DNA from: Zootoca vivipara
Taxonomy: Eukaryota
Reading direction: 5' to 3'
NCBI RefSeq assembly: GCF_963506605.1
Contig: NC_083283.1
Coordinates: 59,520,001-59,584,000 of the forward strand
Length of the DNA stretch: 64,000 nt
Shown piece by piece: positions 10,801-22,800 of this stretch; position 1 is the first letter of the stretch, and each line of letters begins with the position of its first letter. The notes beneath the pieces are model-generated. The model was given only the letters and a program-made list of their open reading frames with translations. It was not told where the DNA came from and ran no database searches. A program made the translations under genes and the position numbers.

Positions 10801-13800
10801 AATTCATAAATAATCAATTTTCTACCTACAAGTAGCCCTCAGAGTGGCTTACAGTCTATGCTAAAAATACAATGTATATCAATAAACAGTACAAACTACA
10901 GTATTTTAAATCCCTATGCTGGCTGCAGTCAGCTTTCTGATGCTGTGTAGATGTCTCTTTATCTTGAAAACTTTTCCTCTACACCCTGTATTTCTCTGTT
11001 CTCTGCTTGTGACCCTTTGTTATCTAAAGGTATTCTGGCTGCATCCCAAAAACATGATGCCCATTCTGACTTCCTTTCTTATGTCTGAAGCTACCTTCCA
11101 GATGTCCTCCACAAGTCCCTTTCTTCCATCAAATCCTTCATGAAAATCCACCTTTTCCATGAAGCCTTTGGAAGAACTCTTTAGAATTTAGATATAGTAT
11201 AGAATCTGTGAACCTCTTTCTGGACTTCCATCAGGATACTGCAACTGTTGCATCCCATTTCACCCACCTTTGGGATTAAGATTCTAACTTTTCTTCTTCA
11301 ATTTTCCACCTACACATTGAAAAAGATTGTTCTAATATGGATAAATTATTTTGTGAAGGAGGAAGATAGTTTTATATATTGTGTAGTGGTTATATTTTGG
11401 TTTTCGTCAAAGAACAAGAAGGCTGTTAACAACAATGCAAATAGATGGATGGCATTTATAATAGCTGATGAGGTTTGTTCTTTTCTTTCAAGCCTTAGAG
11501 GACGTTAGGAGGGAAAGGTTCCAACTCCAGGGAGTTGGTGTTTGTTGCAAAAGTCTTGACTGAAACTTATCTAAATGGAGTGTCAAGTGAAATGAGACAA
11601 TTACCAGCTGTCTGTTTTATCCAAAGGAATTATCAGCAGGAAAGAAACAGCTATGCAGGCGCTCTTAATATTACCTTACCTGCATGAGGTAGCAGATAGG
11701 ATAACAGCTGACAACAGTCTTTGTCTATAGGAAACTGTAAAAAAGAAATCTGATTTTGATCTTTTAAAAATTGCCTTTCCTGATGGAAGATATTGTTCAG
11801 CTTATGAAGTGCTAGCTTTGATGTGAGTAGGAGGTATATAGATATAGACAAAAACATTTATGAACTGCTTTAGCAGTGTTTCACTAATCTCATTCTAGCT
11901 ACCGTGTTTCTCCTAAAATAAGACACGTCTTATATTTATTTTTCTTTAAAAAAAATACATCGTGGCTTATTTTCGGGGGATGTCTTATTGTTACGTATGG
12001 TACGGGGCTTTCTTGCACCGCCCGCTGAGCCTGCTGCTGGGTCCCAGGGCTTCATGCGGCACGGCTGTGGCTGCTGCCGGCTCCTGCCGGGTCCTGCAGC
12101 ATTGCGCGCCGCCCGCTGCTGGGTCCTGTGGCTTCGCGCGCCGCCCGTTGAGCCCGCTGCCTGGTCCTGGGGCTTCGTGCGGCGCGGCTGAGGCTTCTGC
12201 TGCTGGCTCCTGTGGCGCCGCGCGCCGCCCGCTGCCGGGTCCCTGGGCTTCACGCGGTGCGGTGCGGCGCGGCGTGGCTGGGGCTGCTGCCGGCTCCTGC
12301 CGGGTGCTGCGGCTTCGTGCGCCGCCCGCTGAGCCCGCTGCCGGGTCCCTGGGCTTCACGCGGCGCGGCTGGGACTGCTGCCGGCTCCTGCCGAGTCCTG
12401 CGGCTTCGCGCGCCGCGCCGCACTGCGTGAAGCCCAGGGACCCGGCAGCGGGCGGCGCGCGAAGCCGCAGGAGCCGGCAGGAGCCGGCAGCAGCCCCAGC
12501 CGCGCCGCGCCGCACCACGTGAAGCCCAGGGACCCGGCAGCGGGCGGCACGCGAAGCCGCAGGACCCGGCAGGAGCCAGCAGCCTCAGCCGTGCCGCACG
12601 AAGCCCCAGGACCCGCTGCTGGGTCCCTGGGCTTCACGCAGTGCAGCGCGGCGCGGCTGGGGCTGCTGCCGGGTCCTGCGGCTTTGCGCGCCGCCCGCTG
12701 CCGGGTCCTGGGGCCCGTTCAGCCAGAGCTCCGCGCGTCACTGTGCTGGGGCTCCTGCTGTGCTGGGGCTCGGCGCAGCGCGAGCTGCTGCGTTTGCCGG
12801 CTCGCTCTGGGTCGTCCCGCTGGCTCCCCCAACACGTCTTATTTTGGGGGGATGTCTTACATTTTTTGGCCTTCAAAAGATCGTGCCATGGCTTATTTTA
12901 GAGGCACGTCTTATTTTAGGAGAAACACGGTAGTGACCTAGATATTATTCCAGTAGACTATCCTCCTAAAACTGTGCATTATTAAAACATCAGAGTTCAG
13001 GTTACAGGTTTGTGGTAGTGTTTCTGATACATATGAAATCAAAGTGGGATGAACTCTCACTTGTTCTTGTTAAGTATCATGCATACCTTTTAAATGTGTC
13101 TGTAGATATCAATGATTAAACTTCCAGCTGCTCTTTTTCTGTTCAGAGAAACTAGACACATTCCTTCTACAGATTTGGAAATATGAGAATAGATTTCTGA
13201 CAAAGACTTCATGTTGTTTTTGAATGAGATATTTTTCTGTTCAGTTGCACAGCTCTTGAGTTGTACAAAACCCTTTAAAAATAATTTATGTGTTTACACA
13301 AGCCAAATATCAGAGCAAAGGAAAATGACACAATAAATAATTAAGTGGATTAAATGAATTAAGTCATTATCATTTAAACAATTAAAACAGTCAAGTTAAA
13401 ACCATTTCTTATTACTTCTGTGTAATAGAAAATCTTTATGACTATGCATGCAAAAGTTGACCCAATGAAATATTACATTAATTTTGCAAACTTTAGAAAC
13501 AAATAGAAAGCTAACAAGTATCTTGTTTTCATTAACTACGGTAGTTACAAAGTTAACAACCAGGCAGCATGTTGTAGTTAGTGAGAGATTAGCAAACCTT
13601 TTAATATAATTAACACATGTGGCTACAGAAGGGATGATTATACCTATACCTGATTATTATCCTTGCAGTTCAGACAGATCATTAGAGGTGTGGAACAGTT
13701 TTAAATTTAGCATTCTGCTTGTTACGTAGTAAAAAAGAAAGAAAGTGTAATTCTGATACTTTGAAGTTTTAATGTTACGGTAGCTATATGCACCTCCATA

Positions 13801-16800
13801 AGATTTTGATTTATAAAGCACTTCATAGTTTTTAGTGCAAGGGTGGGGAACCTTCTTTCCATTGTGATCTGGATTCTGTTAGGGACAATCTGTTGGGGAC
13901 CACATCCCTACCTATTTACTGGGCCACTGGAGAAAGCATACATGACTCTTGCCAGAGGTTTGAACCAGTTGCTTGTAGAGGGCTCTCACTTCTACATCCA
14001 TTTTGACCTCGTTTTCCTATCTTGCCCTCTTCTCTCCCTCCAGGCTCTCCCCACCTGTGTAAAATTAGTCCAAGGGCTGCAGGTCCCCCACCCTTGTGTT
14101 AATATATCTCTACAGTATAGTGGACTACCCCCCTTTCTTAGTTATGGGACCCAGGTGGCGCTGTGGGTTAAACCACAGAGTCTAGGGCTTGCTGATCAGA
14201 AGGTCGGTGGTTTGAATCCCTGCAATGGGGTGAGCTCCCGTTGCTCGGTCCCAGCTCCTGCCCACCTAGCAGTTCAAAAGCACATCAAAGTGCAAGTAGA
14301 TAAATAGGGACCACTCCGGCGGGAAGGTAAACGGCGTTTCTGTGCGCTGCTCTGGTTCGCCAGAAGCAGCTTTGTCATGCTGGCCACATGACCCGGAAGC
14401 TGTCTGTGGACAAACGCCAGCTCCCTCAGCCTATAGAGCGAGATGAGCGCCGCCACCCCAGAGTCGGACACGACTGGACCTGATGGTCAGGGGCCCCTTT
14501 ACCTTTACCTTTAGTGGACTACCCCCCTTTCTTAGTTGTGGAATGCTGTGTAATCTTTAGTACTGAAAGCTTAGGCAAATATTCGCAGTGAAGCTGTAAA
14601 ATAATATTTACTGGACTGTTTTGGTTTTGATGTCAGTAGTGTGATGTGGCTTTCAACTCTCACATGGTGGGAGTATTTTTTCAGGTGACCTTCTGGGAAG
14701 ATCACAGGTCATAGAAAAGATCACAGGTTCTAGAAAAGACTTCCCATCCTCCATGTTTGTGAAAAGTGGACTACAGTGGTACCTCCGGTTACGAACTTAA
14801 TTCCAGAGGTCCGTTCTTAAGCCAAAACTGTTCATAACCTGAGGCACGCTTTTGCCAACTTCCGCACGCAACTTCCGCTCGCATCCCGGGGCAAAGTTCG
14901 CAACCGGGAGCATCTACTTCCGGGTTAGCGGAGCTGGTAACCCAAAGCGTTCACAAGGAGGATGGTACGCAACACAAGGTTCCACTGTAATCAGAAATTT
15001 GTGTGTACAGAATTCAAAAGTATTATCAAATGGTTGCTTAATAAGTGAGCAAATTATAGTTCTACCAGGGCAATTTGCAACAGATTGTTGCAGTGCAGAG
15101 TTTTCCTATTCATGATGGCAGCTTGTATTTCATGTTCTTTTCCTACACCATTCCATTCTCCTTTCTCCTGGTTTTCTGTTGTCTGCCTTGCTGTACTCAA
15201 ACCTTTGCCACTTTCCCTTTTTGTGTTCCTCTATCCATACTTTACTCAAAACTGTACCATTTTAAAAAAAATCCTTTCAGTGTCTTTCCATTTCTGCTTT
15301 ACCCTGCCATTGTTTGAAACAGGTGCTTTCTCTCTTCTTGCTGTACTCAGACTTCTCCCTCCTCCATTCCTCAGTTGCTTCATGTGAGAGAGTTAAAGGA
15401 TTTGGAGCCTTCAGATATTCCATAGGTCCTTCACACAGTGTATTTCACTTTTGGTAACATGCATTGTCTTAAGCATGGAAGTTCCAGATTGAATGTAGTA
15501 ATTTAAAATACATATTTCGTTCACAAGCATGCACCCATATGTGTACAACACAGGATATAGAGCCCTCCAACCTTCCAAAGTAGTTTACTTACTTAAACCC
15601 AGTGGTGAATGGTGCCGCTTGGCTGCCCGGGGTGGCACCCCCTGGGAGTGGGGCATCGCTCCACAGCGCGCATGCGTCCTGACATCACGACGCATGACAC
15701 TGCTGCTCCCGTGGCAACCTTACAATCCGACGAGCAAGCGGCAACTCGTAAGGCTGCTGCATGGGAACAGTGTGCGTAAGGCTGCCCTGTCTGTGCTGTT
15801 TTTCACACGTGGCAGCCTTATGAGTTGCCGCTCGTAAGGTTGCCGCGGGATCAGCAGCGTCAGCCCATATCTGCACATGCACAGTCCATCCAGCTTGCCG
15901 CTGCTGCTCTGCTTGGCCGGCGCGTTCTGCTTCTTCGTGCTCGGGCGGAAGCGAGGGGTGGGCCAGGGAGGGGCATCAGCGGCCACCGCTAACATCCCTC
16001 TCTGGCCCGCCCCTCGCTTCTGCCCGAGCAGGAAGAAGCAGAGCGCGCTATGGAGCAACATAGGGGCGTCTCCGCGATGGTGGTCACGCCGCGGCAGCCG
16101 TCATCGGTGGAGGGTGGGGAAGGGCCGGGGGCGCTGCCCCCACCAGAGTGCTGCCTGGGGCGCCCCACCCCCATCACCCCTCCCTTTCTATGCGCCTGCT
16201 TAAACCTCTGCCATTGTTTAAAACTGCCAGTTTCCTTTCATTTCCCTCCATTCCTGCTTTACTCAAACTTTTGTTTTAAATCATCTCCTCCCCACCCCAT
16301 GTCTTTCCACTCTTGTTCCCATGCTATGGCCACTGTTCTTGTGCAACTTTCCTTCACTTCTTTTCCCCTATCTCGCTCTGACTTCATGCAAATCCAGGAT
16401 TGTAATGCAGCACTACAAATCCTGCAATGGTGGCTGCACTGTGACATACTTAATTTTTATTATAGAGAGAGATGGAGGAATGCATGTACCTTCACCAAAC
16501 ATAGGTTAAATATATTAACCCTGCCTCATTTCCATTTCCTGCATCTTCTAGTGCTCAAAAGCCTCTCTGCATTTGGAAAATCGTCATGCCTTACAAAACA
16601 CATTTTTAGTTTGTGAATCGTTCAGGATTATTGTTTGCATTAATTGTTATTTTGTTACTCACTTTTGATGAAAAGATTAAGCAAACCAAATATAAATATT
16701 TATACCATCTACATGCTGCTGTATACACCCATAAAATAACATTGAGAAAATGCCTTCTTTCATTGCAGGGTGAAAATAGGGACTATGAAAAATTCAATTG

Positions 16801-19800
16801 CACATTTTTATTCTATTCATGCAGTTTGCCATTAGTCTTCTTGGGTACTCTAAAAATTGACGAAAATGATTGCAACTATTAGATGAATTGTTCTCACTGC
16901 ACAAAACCCCCAAACTAGTACATAATACCAGTTTCAGAATTATTAATCAGAACTGAAAGCTTTCAAAAGAAAAAACTCAAAGCAAGACTATGGGTGTAGA
17001 CCACCCTGCAGACTCCTTCCCCATTCATATCCAAAATCTGCTCAGAGCAGATTGAGACTCTGCGGAAGGCTGCAAGAGGAAGGAGAGAAAGAAAGGTGAT
17101 GTCCATTGTACAAGTGCACAGGCAGTGTTGGATGTAACACTAATCATTCAAGCTGCAATCCTGACCCTACTTACCTGGGATTAAGCCCCATTTAATTCAG
17201 TAGGATTTACTTATGAATAGATGTGGTTTGCATTGCACTGTTATGTTTTATGAACATAAAAAAAGTTCACAGTGGAATTTTTTCTTTTTTAAATATGCTT
17301 TTTATTAGTTTTCTTACTTAACAAAAACACACAAAAAATTAACAAAAATGATAAAATAATAACAAAAACAAACAAACAAAAAAATACATACATCCATAAA
17401 TCCATATGTTCTTACAAAAGAACTTATGCCACCATGTTCTTAATTCCCAATTCCTTATCTTCCCCAATAGACTTCCGTCTTCCTCAAAGCGGGTCTGTCT
17501 TATCTGTTTAATAAACTGCTTCTTTAATCATTTCACCATTTCTTCTGTTATCTGAATAGAATACTTATAACCCATTTTGTGGTTTGCGAAAATTAATCAA
17601 AGCATGTCCAGGTTTTAACTTGAAGGCACTTTTTAAAAAAATATTCTTTTTTTGAACTTTGGGTTTGGCTATCTCCTAATTGTCTCTGTCATTTTTGCCA
17701 GTTTGAGATATTCAAAAAAATTATCCTGCCATTCCTCTTTTTTTGGTACTAATTCTCCTTTCCAATTTCTGGTACTGGTAATTAATATTCTTGCTGCTGT
17801 TGTAGCCAGGGGCGTACCCAGGATCAAAACTGGGGGGGGGGCAAGCCATGGTCGTTCAGGGGTGGGGCCAAGGCACGGGAGGGGAGGGGTCACAAAGTGG
17901 GAATGTGGGCGGGGCTACAGGGCCAGCGGGCCCGACGACTCTGCGGCGGTGGCTGCAGCCACTAAATGAAACCCCTAAACTCTCTCACACGAAACCCCCC
18001 TGCTCTGAAGCAGGGACGTCTCTAGGCCCGGGTCCGGTGGCGCGGGGCGCCAGGCCATCAGGGGCGCCGCTGCGCCCGCTGAGAGGCACAGCGGAGGCCG
18101 CCCCAGCCGCACCTCTCAACTGTTCAGTGGCTTCAGGCTGCTTTCTGGAGGCGCGCAGGCCTGGGGCCGCCTCCGCCATGTGCAGGGGCATCGCAACAGG
18201 GGGCGGGCAGCACCCCCTGGCCCAGGGCCGGCCCTACGGCCAGGCTGGGTTGCGCAGGGCTCCAGCCCTCCAGGCGGCAGCCGTGCAGTGAGCTGTGCCG
18301 GGAAACGGGGCGGGGTGGGGGCACGAGAGGGATCCGTCACACCACGGGGTCAGGGCGCCAGGTATGCTTAAGACGGCCCTGCTCTGAAAACACCACTCCC
18401 ATCCATTTATGGCTAGCCACCCCCCTGAAAAACCCCTTTGGGCCCCGTTTTCCTTCCTCCAGGTCTCCCTGAAGCCTTGCCAGTTCCCATCCTATATATC
18501 TGGGATGGGGAAGGAGCTCAGAGGTCTGCTAGTCCTGGGGGGCCATCCCCCCGTGGCCTGGGAGGATACTGGGGACCCCCCAGCTAAGACCCTCAAAGAA
18601 GAAGAAGAAGCTACCACCACCGCCTCCCCATCGCAAGGGAGCAAAAGATGGGAAAGGTGGGGTGGCGCAGCGCAGGCGAGTGAGCCCCCCCCAGCTACGA
18701 CCCTACGGCGGCGACAGCGGCTCCCCCGCCCTCAACGCCCCTCTCTCGGCAGGGGCAGCAAGGGAGAGCTGCTGGGGGGGGTTGCATTGCAAAGAAGGAA
18801 ACAGCAGCCAATGCCCAGAGAGGGCAATGCATGCAGGGGGAGTGGAGAGCTGTGCCGCCCCCCCAAGGCAGCTCCTTTCCTATTGCCGGGGGTGGGGGGG
18901 CGGCGAGGAAGGGTCACTGCCGCTGGGCTACTCCTGCCGCCGGCAATCCGGCGCAAACGCCCCCACGCAGCTTCCTTGCAGCAGCCACGACCACCGCCTT
19001 CGGGCGCCGCCCCCCACTCCTCCTTTGCGGGCTTCTGCCCGCCGAGGCTGAACTGGCTCCTGTCGGTGCACTTCCTCTCCCGGCCCAGGAGGAGTCTCAG
19101 TAGCAACTCCTAACTCAGGGGTGGGTAGGGGGTGCGGAGGGGGGAAGGGGGGAAGGGGGCGATTCCCAGCCCGCGGCGCCGACGATCGCAGTGCAGCCTA
19201 CCGGAAGCCAGAGCGCAGCAACGGCTGCAACCAATGCAGGGAGCCGCGTCTCCTTCGCTTGCCAGCCCAGCAGAACTCTTTGTTAGGATAGGTTGCCGCC
19301 CGGCAGGGCTTTCCATTGGGAGGCGCGAAGGCTTTAGTGGGTGGGAATTGGTGCAAATGTAGGCAGGACGGGCTGAGAGGAGGAGCCGCCGTCCAGGAGC
19401 CACGGCACCAGCAGCGTTTCCTCCCCCCTCCCCCCCGTGTCAACAAGCAGGGCGCCTGCACAGGGTATTTGCTTCCCTATTCGGGCCCACGGTTTGGTCT
19501 TCTAGCGGGGGCAGCTGCACCCCCCTGCCCCATGCTGGGTACACCCATGGTTGTAGCATATAAGAATACAGTTGAACCACCACCTCTTCTTACGGTCGTT
19601 CCAAGTCACAACTGTGGCAAACCCGGAAGTAACTGGTGGATTTGCCGCCATTTGCGCATGCGCTGGAGCGGTGATCACCATTCGCACATGCGGAGAAGCG
19701 GGCAATCGCCGTTTGCACATGTGCAGAAGCAGGCAATCACCGCCTGTGCACAACGGCGCCTCTCTCAGCAACCCGTTTCAACCTCCGGACAGACCTCCAG

Positions 19801-22800
19801 AACGGATTATGGTCGCAAATAGAGGTTCCACTGTACTGTGACAGCTCGACATACGAATGACTCGACATTCAAATTTTTCGAGTTACGAAGGGAAAAAATG
19901 GGGGCGGGCTTACAAATTTATTCGACTTACGATCGGGCCCTCACCGCCTCGGTGCCCCACGCTCGCCACCGCTGTGTGCCAGCCTTGCGCGGGATCGGGC
20001 CCTCGCCGGCTCCGCTACCGATCTTCGCTGGATCGGGCCCATTGCCACCGCAGCCACCGGCCTCCCGCCGGCCTCCCCACCTGCCAATCTGGCCATTTTT
20101 TAAGGCCCCGGAACGAATCAATCCATTCTTAATGCATTCCTATGGGAAACATCGTTTTGACTTACGAATGTTTCTACTTACGAATGTGCATTCGGAACGG
20201 ATTAAATTCGTAAGTAGAGGTTCCACTGTATTCTCTTTTTTCATTTGGAATATCTGAATCTAAAATGTCTAAGAGGAAGGCTTCTGGTTTCTTTATGAAA
20301 GTTTGCTTAAACATTTTTTCAATTCCTCATATATATGGCAATATCTCAAAAATTCTTAATTATTTTGCAACCACAGTGGGATTTTTTCTTTTGGTGGTTT
20401 CTGTGACTTTTTATTGCACTTCAGGGTTATTGTGAAAGTTGAGATTCTTAGTATATGTGTCAAGGCAACACACCAGTTACTCTGGAGCAAGAAAAAATGA
20501 TATTTGCTAAACAAAAACAGAAGAGTTGCTGTAGAATTGAACTTTTGTCTTAACCGAACATGGAATGTAGTACTATCCATTTTTTAGTTGGAAGTCCAAA
20601 TCCATTTTATTTCAGTTGGGTTTACTTCTCTAGTAAGTGTGCAGCTGTACTCTTTTATTTATCCTTTCTGTTATTGTGTAGTTTGGCTTGTTTCTGTATT
20701 TTCCAGAAGGAGATTATTTTTATGCTTGCTGTAGAAATGCATAGGGAGCCTTTTTTGGCTTTCTTCGTATGTAAGGTCTGGCTCTTGAGCCAATTTTGTT
20801 TTAACTCTGCCATCTTTCATAGCCCGAATTATGTGCTTCTTTTTGTATAGATGGATGAAACTAAGGATGTTTTGTAAATAAGAATGGCTTGGCATTAGTG
20901 CAAATCAATGTGCTTATTCCACATTCAGTGGACAATAGTATATAAATTATCCATTGCAATCTGCATTGTGCTGTTGATGGATTGTACACTGGGTGTGCAA
21001 CTGAACAGAGTGATCTGTATTGTGAAATATATTGCCATTGGTACAACTTTAATCTTGGCACTTGTTCTTGCTGAATATTCGGGCATAACTAGGAACTTGC
21101 CTGATTGTGTGTGACAAACAGAAATAGTAACCAGGCAAAAGCCAAAAGAAAAATAGTTTGCCATTTGATAGAGTGTGTGGAATCATCAAAAGAGACTCCT
21201 TAACAGACTGTAGGAATCGGATAGGTGTGTAGATGGACAGGTGGTCTTTTAGATAAGCTGGCCCTGTATAGTTTTGGTATTATGCACATATTTCAGCATA
21301 TTGACCATGTCAGCAAATCTTCACAGGGATCTCAAGACACATACAGAACAGAACTCAGGACATAGACTACAGTTGAAGTAATATGTATAAAATGTATATA
21401 TTGAGGCTGCAGGCTTTAACATACCATCAAATAATTTACAAAACTCAGGCAACAGAGCAGAAAGTATGAGAGGGAGGGACACAGAATTTAGAACAGCAAG
21501 CACATAGAAGATGAAGCATCAGAGGGCAACATGAAAGAAGCACTGAGGAGACAGGGACCAGAGGGTAATACATTTCACGCATGAAACTTTCTACTATCTG
21601 TTGAGATATCTACCATTGGTTTTTAGCAAATTCAGTGCTGTGCACATTCGTTCGGACTATTATTTGTTCCAACACTGGGAGAGCCCCACCTGCTTACATG
21701 GTTCAGACACATTATTATTCTTTCTACACCTCCACTGCTGAGCTGCTTGCCCCAAATTCCCAAAATAGGAATCTGAAAGTGAGAGAGAGCTTGAAAAGCC
21801 CAAGCAGGCATCAAAGATATATTTATTTCAAAGATTGTGAAAGCAGTTCCACATGCATACACAACTTGCAGGTTTACGGCTTCACAGTACACACACATGC
21901 ACAGCTATGCATGTGTGAAACGAGCAGTGTTTAATAATAACAATGGGAAGAGAGGCTTTAGGCACTGAGGCAGAATAATCTGTCTACTGGTTGACCTTGA
22001 TTGACCCATCCTTGATTTATACAAAGTTACACAGGAAGCTGCCAGTATACCAGGAAAATTTGCCCTTAGATTAGCTTCACATTGTTCCTGCTAGAAAGCA
22101 TTTTCAGTTTTGTAGTAGTCATATCTTTTTTGGTGGAAAGCTTTTATAAATATAGAAAATGGTTTCTCAGAGTTTCAAGCTATTAACTACTGAGTATGCT
22201 ATTTGAATTTATGAAGCAGCCATATACTGAATTAGATTAGACCATGCTGCCTGAGATTTTTTTTTATAGGAACTGGGATTTTGTACATGAAAAGCATATG
22301 CTTTATGACCAAGTCAGTGGCACCAACTTGAATAAAATATTTAGGGAGGCTGCAGGAAGGTTGCAGGAAGGACGGAGAGAGGGAGGGCACCCTGGGAGAC
22401 AGGTGGGCGATTTGGTGCCTTATCTGCGCTTTCACGTGGTGGAGGAGGAGGCTGAGGTGGCTCAACACAGTCAATTTTAGGTGCCCCCAGCCTGCCAAAA
22501 CATTTGCGGGGGCTTAGAGTTGAACCACTTAGAGTTGGCGCCTGTGGTGGTTGTATCCAGATATTGTTCCTATATGGATATCTAATCCCACTGGAGCAGG
22601 GGCGTAGCCAGGATCAAAACTAGGGGGGGGGGCAAGCCATGGTCGTTCAGGGGCGGGGCCAAGGCACGGAAGGGGAGGGGCCACAAAGTGGGCGGCGCTA
22701 AAGGGCCAGCGGGCCTGATGACATCGTGGCGGTGGCAGCAGCGGCCACCTTGTGCTTCTGGGGCTGGTAGCGTTGGCGGCTACCCTGCTTGGCTGGAGAG

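Larger units (their letters stand above)
17278..20360 (-). mobile_element. L1 LINE 3' fragment, split by later DNA-transposon insertions
   Basis: Removing the inserts rejoins a degenerate ORF2 C-terminus: ...[16 protein letters not shown]...[32 protein letters not shown]...LAKMT, then a 3' UTR and poly(A) (poly-T on +). Confidence 0.8.

Noticed and set aside
11936-12941. Repetitive ORFs, or a CRISPR-like repeat array
   Set aside because: Units are degenerate, contiguous and lack unique spacers; it is a minisatellite inside a eukaryotic TIR element, with no cas genes.
13838-14096. Old hAT MITE-like ends (CAAGGGTGGGGAACC / GGTCCCCCACCCTTG); similar remnants near 17000, 30050, 31780, 33550, 39322, 40360 and 59530
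   Set aside because: Probably real decayed MITEs, but TSDs and boundaries could not be established, so they are not listed as features.
17848-20257. ORFs of 120-234 aa as possible transposases
   Set aside because: No DDE/D, BED-finger or HTH motifs; the ORFs cross element boundaries and reflect GC content.
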